A stretch of DNA of 40,697 bases, from NCBI GenBank assembly GCA_964564195.1, contig CAZMAI010000002.1:2345-43041 (forward strand), given 5' to 3'. Numbering within the stretch: the first letter of the stretch is position 1; the number at the start of each line of letters is the position of its first letter. Source of the stretch: an uncultured Anaerolineales bacterium (lineage in GTDB: Bacteria > Chloroflexota > Anaerolineae > UBA1429). This document shows positions 34,940 to 40,697 of this stretch, one piece after another. The notes beneath the pieces are model-generated. The model worked only from the letters and a program-made list of their open reading frames with translations, made no database searches and was not told the origin of the DNA. Both the position numbers and the translations under genes were made by a program.

Positions 34940-35866
34940 ATGACCAGCTGGGAAACGCAATTGTTGGCGGGCTCAGTATCGGCGCCCGCCCGTTCGTCGT
35001 CACGTCATGCCTCTCGATCGAAGCCCACCGAACAGCAGGAGCATGTCCTTGCTGCCGAGACTGCAGCCGAGGACGCGGCCGCTGTCGCCGCTGGCGACTA
35101 TGCGATGCGCGTAGAGCAACTTGGTGCAGGCTTTGGTGGGTTCACCGCCGTAGATGGTATCACGCTGGACATAATGCCGCGTACGATCACCGCGATCATC
35201 GGGCCCTCGGGATCGGGCAAGTCCACTTTCTTGCGGTGCCTGAACCGGATGCATGAAGAGGTGCGCGGTTCCTGGGCAAGAGGCACCGTGCTGCTGGGCG
35301 GACAGAACATCTATGCTCCCGGGGTTGACCCCGTGCAGGTGCGCCGCCATGTGGGTATGGTCTTTCAGAAACCGAACCCTTTCCCGACCATGTCCATCTA
35401 TGAGAATGTGGCAGCCGGGCTCCGTTTGAACCAGTGGGGCAGGGTACCGGATCTCGATGCCAAGGTGCAGCATGCGCTAGAGTTGGCCGCACTCTGGGAT
35501 GAGGTCAAGGACAAGCTGTTCCAGTCCGGCGCGGCCCTCTCGGGGGGACAGCAACAGCGCCTCTGTATCGCGCGGGCACTGGCCGTGGAGCCGGAGATAC
35601 TGCTCATGGACGAGCCGGCATCTGCTCTCGACCCCGTGGCGACGCTGCGGATCGAGGAGCTCATGAGAGAGCTTGTCAGGAACTATACGATTGTGATTGT
35701 GACGCATAACATGCAACAGGCCGCTCGGGTATCGGACCGCACGGCCTTTCTGATGATGGGCGATGATCGGGCCGGGCGGTTGATTGAACAGGGTCCCACC
35801 GATGAGTTGTTTACGAACCCCAGGGACAAGCGTACAGAGGACTATATCACGGGGAGGTTCGGATGA
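34940..35866 (+). CDS. pstB: Phosphate ABC transporter ATP-binding protein PstB, with a roughly 55-aa N-terminal extension
   Basis: Walker [10 protein letters not shown], signature LSGGQQQRL, Walker [11 protein letters not shown]-loop VTHNM. AAGGAG lies 9 nt upstream of the ATG at 34940. A canonical-length protein would begin at the ATG at 35105, which has no SD. Confidence 0.9.
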   Translation: MTSWETQLLAGSVSAPARSSSRHASRSKPTEQQEHVLAAETAAEDAAAVAAGDYAMRVEQLGAGFGGFTAVDGITLDIMPRTITAIIGPSGSGKSTFLRCLNRMHEEVRGSWARGTVLLGGQNIYAPGVDPVQVRRHVGMVFQKPNPFPTMSIYENVAAGLRLNQWGRVPDLDAKVQHALELAALWDEVKDKLFQSGAALSGGQQQRLCIARALAVEPEILLMDEPASALDPVATLRIEELMRELVRNYTIVIVTHNMQQAARVSDRTAFLMMGDDRAGRLIEQGPTDELFTNPRDKRTEDYITGRFG

Positions 35867-36288
35867 GTGCACGTCGCGTGCTCATTCTGTGCACCGGAAA
35901 CTCGGCGCGCAGCCAGATGGGCGAGGGATTGATCAATCACGACCTGGCAGGACAGTGGGTGGCCTCTTCGGCGGGAACCGAGCCGGCGGCGGCCGTACAT
36001 GTGTTGGCGATTACAGCTATGGCCGAGCTCGGTATCGATATTTCGCATCAGCAGCCCAAGCACGTCCGTACGCTGGCCAGCGAGAGGTTTGACAGTGTCA
36101 TTACCGTGTGCGACAATGCCCGCAAGACCTGCCCGGTATGGCTGGGCCCGGCTACACACATCGAGCACATAGGGGTGCCCGATCCTGCGCGTGCGATCGG
36201 AACTGAAGCGGAACGGCTACAGGTCTTTCGCAACATTCGCGATGAGCTCAGGAGTCGTCTGGAGGGGTATCTGGCAACACTGGCATGA
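35863..36288 (+). CDS. arsC: Thioredoxin-coupled ArsC-type arsenate reductase / LMW-PTP-fold protein
   Basis: P-loop LCTGNSARS (C10-x5-R16), Cys83 and Cys90 in [10 protein letters not shown], and a DP acid (VPDPA). ATGA overlap with the pstB stop; GGGGAGG upstream. Confidence 0.75.
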   Translation: MSARRVLILCTGNSARSQMGEGLINHDLAGQWVASSAGTEPAAAVHVLAITAMAELGIDISHQQPKHVRTLASERFDSVITVCDNARKTCPVWLGPATHIEHIGVPDPARAIGTEAERLQVFRNIRDELRSRLEGYLATLA

Positions 36289-37055
36289 GTATCACCGTTC
36301 CGACCAGACATAATACAACGCTGCGAGAGGTGCTGGCCGCAGTCAACGCCGACGCCGAGCTCGCGCAGCTGTACGCCTGCGCCAACATGAATGCCGTCGA
36401 TCGATCTCAGATGAGCGATCACGGAGAGGTGCACATCCGCATTGTCGCCAATGCGGCGCTCCGGTTGCTGCGCCTGCTCGTGGAGGCAGATATCACCCCC
36501 AATATCGTCACAGACTATGGTCTCACCGTGGACGATGCTGAGGTCATTGTCGTGCTCGCTTCGTGTCTGCATGATGTGGGCATCGCGATCCACCGGGAGA
36601 ATCACGAGCATCACAGCCTGGTCATTGCCTATCCCAAGGCGCGCCAGTTGCTGACGGGAGTGTATCCGGAGCCGCAACTCACGACGATGGTGAGTGAGGT
36701 GCTTCACGCGATCATCGCGCACAACTGGGCCGAGAAATGCCTGACGCTGGAAGCGGGCGTGGTCAAGGTGGCCGATGCGCTAGACATGAAGCAGGGGCGG
36801 TCACGGATCCCCTTTGAGGCCGGCTCGGTCAATATTCATTCGGTCTCGGCCATGGAGATACAGGAAGTGCACATCGAGCGCGGTCAGGAGCGGCCCATTC
36901 GCATCGCGATTGATCTGACCAGCAGCGCAGGCATCTTTCAGGTGGATGAGCTGCTGCAGCGCAAGTTGAGGAACAGCACGCTGGCCCCTCATGTGGAGGT
37001 GGTTGCGCGCATGGAGGGCCGCCCGGACGGCCTTTTCAAAGTGTACAAGTTCTGA
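36285..37055 (+). CDS. HD-domain metal-dependent phosphohydrolase, specific function unknown
   Basis: His/Asp metal motifs DHGEVHIR, CLHDVGIAIHRENHEHHS and VADALD. 256 aa. ATGA overlap with the arsC-like stop. Confidence 0.75.
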   Translation: MSITVPTRHNTTLREVLAAVNADAELAQLYACANMNAVDRSQMSDHGEVHIRIVANAALRLLRLLVEADITPNIVTDYGLTVDDAEVIVVLASCLHDVGIAIHRENHEHHSLVIAYPKARQLLTGVYPEPQLTTMVSEVLHAIIAHNWAEKCLTLEAGVVKVADALDMKQGRSRIPFEAGSVNIHSVSAMEIQEVHIERGQERPIRIAIDLTSSAGIFQVDELLQRKLRNSTLAPHVEVVARMEGRPDGLFKVYKF

Positions 37056-37069
37056 GAGGACGGCACGAC

Positions 37070-37732
37070 ATGACGCGAACGACCCTCGACCGGGAATTGC
37101 AGCGCCTGCAGGACGAGATGGTCCTCATGGGGAGTGTCGTCTCCAAGGCCATCGGTGAGGCCGTGGATGCCCTCAGGCGGCAGGATCTGGATGCCGCTGC
37201 CCGGCTTACCGATGCGGACGATGCCATCGATCGCCAGCGATATGCTATCGAGTCCGATGTGCTTGTGCTCATCGCGCGGCAGCAGCCTATGGCAACGGAT
37301 CTCCGGACGCTGGCAGCCATTCTCGAGATTGCGAGCGAACTGGAGCGCATCGGCGACTATGCCAAGGGGATTGCCAAGGTCACGCGACTGGTGGGGACCG
37401 ATGAGCCGCTTCCGCCGGTTCCACAGCTGCCTGTCATGGCAGCACGGGCGCAGGACATGCTCAACCGGGCGCTGGAGGCCTTTTTGCGGCAGGACATTGA
37501 GACAGCCCGGGCTATCCCGCACGAGGATGATCAGGTCGACGCGTTGTATAACGAGGTGAACGCAGCGATGATCGAGATGATCATTGCGGATCCCACCCGC
37601 ATGGAGCAGGCTAACTATGTCACCTGGGCGGCCCACAACCTGGAGCGCTCGGCCGACCGTGTGACCAATATCTGCGAGCGGGCGGTGTTTACGGTGACGG
37701 GCGACATGCAGGAGCTCGATCTCGACAAGTAG
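37070..37732 (+). CDS. phoU: Phosphate signalling complex protein PhoU
   Basis: 220 aa with two PhoU repeats carrying ELERIGDYAK and NLERSADRVTNI motifs. It starts 14 nt after the HD gene. Confidence 0.9.
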   Translation: MTRTTLDRELQRLQDEMVLMGSVVSKAIGEAVDALRRQDLDAAARLTDADDAIDRQRYAIESDVLVLIARQQPMATDLRTLAAILEIASELERIGDYAKGIAKVTRLVGTDEPLPPVPQLPVMAARAQDMLNRALEAFLRQDIETARAIPHEDDQVDALYNEVNAAMIEMIIADPTRMEQANYVTWAAHNLERSADRVTNICERAVFTVTGDMQELDLDK

Positions 37733-37751
37733 AGTACCGAAAATAGACAAA

Positions 37752-37790
37752 CGGCCGCAGATCTTTAGGGGATCTGCGGCCGCTTTGCTT
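37752..37790. terminator. Rho-independent terminator shared by phoU (+) and the enolase-superfamily array (-)
   Basis: CGGCCGCAGATC (37752..37763), TTTAGGG loop, GATCTGCGGCCG (37771..37782), then CTTTGCTTTTC on the plus strand. The minus-strand side reads TTTGTCTATTT after the stem. Confidence 0.7.
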
Positions 37791-37797
37791 TTCGCTG

Positions 37798-38970
37798 TCA
37801 GGATAGGTGCACCGCGAGCAGCGGCGCCACCCGCTCATGGTTGAGCGTGACGCCCAGCCCGGGCTTTTCGGTCGGCACAAAGTAGCTGTCCTTTGTCTGG
37901 GGTTCCATCGCCTCTTCGACCAGTTCATAGATCCCAACTGGCTGGTATGGGAACCATTCCTGGATGATAAAGTTCGTGATGCAGGTATCCAGTTGCACGG
38001 CCATCGCCGTGGAGATCGGGCCCGCGCAGTTGTGGGGCTGCATGTGCATGTCATAGGTCTCGGCATAGGCAGCGATCTTTTTGATCTCTGTCAGGCCGCC
38101 AGCCAAACCCATGTCGGGCTGCAGGATGTCCAGAACCTGCTTTTCAATGTACTGGCGAAAGCCGTAGCGGGTGTAGAGCCGCTCGCCGGCGGCGATGGGG
38201 ATCCGGACGTTCTGCGACACCTTGAGCATGGCGTCGACGTTCATGGCATCGACGGGCTCTTCAAAGAAAAAGGGACGGAGCTCCTCCAGCCGTCGCCCGA
38301 TCTCGATTGCCGAGGTCGTGCCCAGGTTGCCGTGCACCTCCACGAGGATATCCACGTCGGGGCCCACGGCCTCGCGAACGGCGGCCACCCGGGCGTAGGC
38401 CAGGTCGACCATATGCTTTGGGAGGACGCGCCCCGGCATGCGCGAACTGCTGCCATCCAGGCACATAAAGGGATCGAACTTGAGCGCGTCGAACCCATCA
38501 GCGACCACGCGCTGCGCACCCTCAGCATATTCCTCCGGAGAATCGTACGCATGCCGGTTCTGGGGATCCATATTGATGTACCAGCCGTTAGCATAGACAC
38601 GCAGCTTGTCATTCACCTTGCCGCCCAGGAGTTCATAGGCAGGCACGCCAAAGAACTTGCCCTTGATGTCCCAGAGGGCCGCGTCGATCCCGCTCATGGC
38701 GCCGTAGATGACCGGGCCGCCGCCCTGACCCCAAAAGGTGCCGCGGAACAGCCGATTCCACATGTCCTCGATGCGCATGGGATCGGCACCCAGCAAAAAG
38801 CGCTCGCCCAGTTGCTTGAGCATGCCGATCGCCGCAATCGAGCCGGCGCCATAGGCGAGCGATACCTCGCCGATCCCCTCGATGCCTTCATCGGTCATCA
38901 GGCGCACGATGATCGGGTTCCAGCCGAAATCGAACGGGCAGTCGTAGACGTCTACCGATGTGATCCTCAT
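37798..38970 (-). CDS. Enolase-superfamily enzyme, mandelate racemase / acid-sugar (galactonate-type) dehydratase-like, copy 1
   Basis: 390 aa from the ATG at 38970 (MRITSVDVYDC), with AAGGAG 7 nt upstream. Family pattern: IDAALWDIKGK, GVPAYELLGG, KFDPF, FFEEP, IAAGERL, LQPD, QPHNCAGP, IQEW. The ORF-track start at 39147 would overlap copy 2. Confidence 0.85.
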   Translation of the reverse strand: MRITSVDVYDCPFDFGWNPIIVRLMTDEGIEGIGEVSLAYGAGSIAAIGMLKQLGERFLLGADPMRIEDMWNRLFRGTFWGQGGGPVIYGAMSGIDAALWDIKGKFFGVPAYELLGGKVNDKLRVYANGWYINMDPQNRHAYDSPEEYAEGAQRVVADGFDALKFDPFMCLDGSSSRMPGRVLPKHMVDLAYARVAAVREAVGPDVDILVEVHGNLGTTSAIEIGRRLEELRPFFFEEPVDAMNVDAMLKVSQNVRIPIAAGERLYTRYGFRQYIEKQVLDILQPDMGLAGGLTEIKKIAAYAETYDMHMQPHNCAGPISTAMAVQLDTCITNFIIQEWFPYQPVGIYELVEEAMEPQTKDSYFVPTEKPGLGVTLNHERVAPLLAVHLS

Positions 38971-38987
38971 CGCTGAGCTCCTTCTTT

Positions 38988-40169
38988 CTAGCTGATTCGA
39001 ATGCGTGTGTAACGATCTGCTGCGGCGCGGTTGAGCAATACCCCCAGACCGGGGGCCCGCGTGGGCGTATAGTATCCGTCGACAGCCTGGGTATCCAGTG
39101 CCTGATCGACGAGGTCGTAGAATCGCCGGTCGCGGTAGGGGAACCACTCCTGGATGACGAAATTGGTGATACAGGTGTCCAGCTGTACGGCCATGGCCGT
39201 GGAGACGGGGCCAGCGCAGTTGTGGGGCTGCACGTGCATATCATAGGTCTCGGCGTAGGCGGCGATCTTTTTCACCTCGGTGAGCCCGCCCGCCAGGCCC
39301 ATGTCGGGCTGCAGGACATCGAGTACCTGCTTTTCGATATACTCACGAAAGCCGTAGCGGGTGTAGAGCCGCTCGCCGGCGGCAATGGGCACCCGGACGT
39401 TCTGCGAGACCTTGAGCATGGCGTCGACGTTCATCGCGTCCACGGGCTCCTCATAGAAAAACGGCCGGAGCTCTTCGATCCGCTGGCCAAAGGCGATTGC
39501 CGACGTGGTGCCCAGGTTTCCATGAACCTCGACCAGAATGTCGACATCCGGGCCCACCGCATCCCGCACCGCGGCCACACGGGCGTAGGCCAGATCTGCC
39601 TGCGCCTTGGGGAGATGGCGGGCGGGGGAGATACGCTGGCCGTCCGGCTGCACGACAAAGGGATCGAACTTGAGCGCGCTAAAGCCGTCCGCGACCACCT
39701 CCAGCGCGCGCTCGGCGTACTCTTCCGGGGCCACCAGGGACACGCGACCCGCCTCCGTCTCACGCGAGTACCAACCGTTTGCATAGACGCGTAGCCGTTC
39801 GTTGACCTGGCCGCCCAGCAGTTCGTAGGCGGGCACGCCGTAGGCCTTGCCCTTGATGTCCCACAGCGCGGCATCGATGGCGCTCATGGCGCCATAGATC
39901 ACGGGGCCGCCACCCTGGCCCCAGAAGGTGCCGCGGAAGAGGCGGTTCCACATGTCCTCGATGCGCATGGGATTGGCGCCAAGCAGATAACGCTCGGCGA
40001 GCTGCCGCAGCATGCCCACTGCGGCAGTGGCCCCGGCGCCGTAGGCCAGGGACACCTCCCCCAGGCCTTCCAGTCCCTCGTCCGTCTCCAGCAACAGGAA
40101 CACCAGGTTGTAGGCGTTGGTGTAGGGATACATTTTGCAGTCGTAGACGTTGGCGGCCGTGATCTTCAT
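38988..40169 (-). CDS. Enolase-superfamily enzyme, acid-sugar dehydratase-like, copy 2
   Basis: 393 aa, same motif set as copy 1. GAGGAGGA lies 7 nt upstream of the ATG at 40169. Confidence 0.9.
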   Translation of the reverse strand: MKITAANVYDCKMYPYTNAYNLVFLLLETDEGLEGLGEVSLAYGAGATAAVGMLRQLAERYLLGANPMRIEDMWNRLFRGTFWGQGGGPVIYGAMSAIDAALWDIKGKAYGVPAYELLGGQVNERLRVYANGWYSRETEAGRVSLVAPEEYAERALEVVADGFSALKFDPFVVQPDGQRISPARHLPKAQADLAYARVAAVRDAVGPDVDILVEVHGNLGTTSAIAFGQRIEELRPFFYEEPVDAMNVDAMLKVSQNVRVPIAAGERLYTRYGFREYIEKQVLDVLQPDMGLAGGLTEVKKIAAYAETYDMHVQPHNCAGPVSTAMAVQLDTCITNFVIQEWFPYRDRRFYDLVDQALDTQAVDGYYTPTRAPGLGVLLNRAAADRYTRIRIS

Positions 40170-40197
40170 GCCTTTGTCCTCCTCGTGTCAGCGTGCA

Positions 40198-40697
40198 CTA
40201 GTCTGCTGTGATGCGCAGGCAGGGGTAACGTGTGACAGCATCCTCGTTGAGTGTGACCCCCAGCCCGGGCCGGTCGGGAACCTCGACGTAGCCGTTGACC
40301 GCCTTGTCATCCAGCGGCTCGTTGACCAGGTCGAGTACCGCGTCGCCAGCGTAGGGCCGCCATTCCTGGATGACAAAGTTGGGCAGACACGCGTCGAGTT
40401 GAATACATGCCGCTGTGTGGATGGGTCCCGCGCAGAGATGGGGCTGTACGTGAATGCCGTAGGTATCGGCATAGTCGGCGATCTTTTTTGTCTCGGTAAG
40501 ACCGCCAGCCAGGCTGATGTCTGGCTGGATGATGTCCACGACCTGTTTCTCGATGTACTGGCGAAAGCCAAAGCGCGTGTAAAGGCGCTCGCCTGCCGCA
40601 ATGGGGAGCGGGAGGCTCCGTGAGACCTTGTGCATGGCGTCGACGTTCAGGGCGTGCACAGGTTCCTCGTAAAAGAACGGACGGTAGGGCACCAGGC
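40198..40697 (-). CDS. Enolase-superfamily enzyme, acid-sugar dehydratase-like, copy 3 (C-terminal part only; truncated by the window edge)
   Basis: The frame stays open to the last base. The 'M' at 40692 in the track is an internal GTG (..LVPYRPFFYEEP aligns with ELRPFFYEEP of copy 2). Same C-terminal motif set (IAAGERL, IQPD, QPHLCAGP, IQEW). Confidence 0.85.
   Translation of the reverse strand, partial: LVPYRPFFYEEPVHALNVDAMHKVSRSLPLPIAAGERLYTRFGFRQYIEKQVVDIIQPDISLAGGLTETKKIADYADTYGIHVQPHLCAGPIHTAACIQLDACLPNFVIQEWRPYAGDAVLDLVNEPLDDKAVNGYVEVPDRPGLGVTLNEDAVTRYPCLRITAD

Larger units (their letters stand above)
37798..40697 (-). repeat. Tandem array of three paralogous enolase-superfamily genes (gene-scale direct repeat)
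   Basis: Same orientation, with 17-nt and 28-nt spacers. Long runs of identical nucleotides between copies 1 and 2, for example GCCGTAGCGGGTGTAGAGCCGCTCGCCGGCGGC and ACCTTGAGCATGGCGTCGACGTTCAT in both. Confidence 0.85.

Noticed and set aside
35926-35940. TTGATCAA palindrome inside arsC and a TTGATCAAAG string inside argF (about 1030) as possible Fnr/Crp sites
   Set aside because: Both are intragenic. Neither fits TTGAT-N4-ATCAA or TGTGA-N6-TCACA spacing.
37807-38976. 389-aa plus-strand ORF (and 39222..39794, 40150..40623) antisense to the enolase-superfamily genes
   Set aside because: Shadow ORFs of strongly supported minus-strand genes. They are repetitive only because the sense genes are paralogous.
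1-40697. Search for CRISPR arrays, tRNA/rRNA genes, IS elements, integrases, toxin-antitoxin pairs or known defence-system genes
   Set aside because: No spaced direct-repeat array, no cloverleaf-sized conserved intergenic block (the largest non-coding gap is about 207 nt), no terminal inverted repeats, and no transposase/integrase/nuclease-ATPase defence-like ORFs were seen. The window looks like core chromosome.

Overview
High-GC (roughly 60-65% by eye), densely coding bacterial chromosomal segment. I support about 37 protein genes. I found no rRNA, tRNA, CRISPR array, transposase or phage genes. The many long antisense ORFs in the track look like high-GC shadow ORFs. Gene content, left to right: (1) a minus-strand operon of unknown multi-pass membrane protein, TM-anchored SAM methyltransferase, argF, cdaA (c-di-AMP synthase) and the start of a CdaR/YbbR-like gene; (2) a zinc-ribbon/cold-shock-domain fusion, an MFS transporter and pyrG; (3) DUF362, an alpha/beta hydrolase + SDR pair and an HDAC-family + YhaM-like OB/HD nuclease pair; (4) a MATE exporter; (5) a minus-strand string of DOMON-like lipoprotein, Crp/Fnr regulator, C26 glutamine amidotransferase, murI and a P2-type (Ca2+-like) ATPase; (6) a sugar-flavoured cluster of Gfo/Idh/MocA oxidoreductase, GHMP kinase, MBL-fold hydrolase, AEC transporter, pgi and sixA-like phosphatase; (7) a Pho block of cytoplasmic PAS-GAF-PAS hybrid histidine kinase, OmpR-type regulator, PhoR-like kinase, then pstS-pstC-pstA-pstB-arsC-like-HD hydrolase-phoU behind a Pho-box-like promoter; (8) three tandem enolase-superfamily (acid-sugar dehydratase-like) paralogues, the last cut by the window edge. 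Most of this is ordinary core metabolism. The items I rate most worth follow-up are the ArsC-type and HD genes translationally coupled into the pst operon, the extra hybrid kinase plus SixA-like phosphatase wired onto the Pho two-component pair, the triplicated enolase-superfamily array, and the Zn-ribbon-CSD fusion. All functional calls come from motifs read by eye. No database search was run, so novelty cannot be asserted from here.
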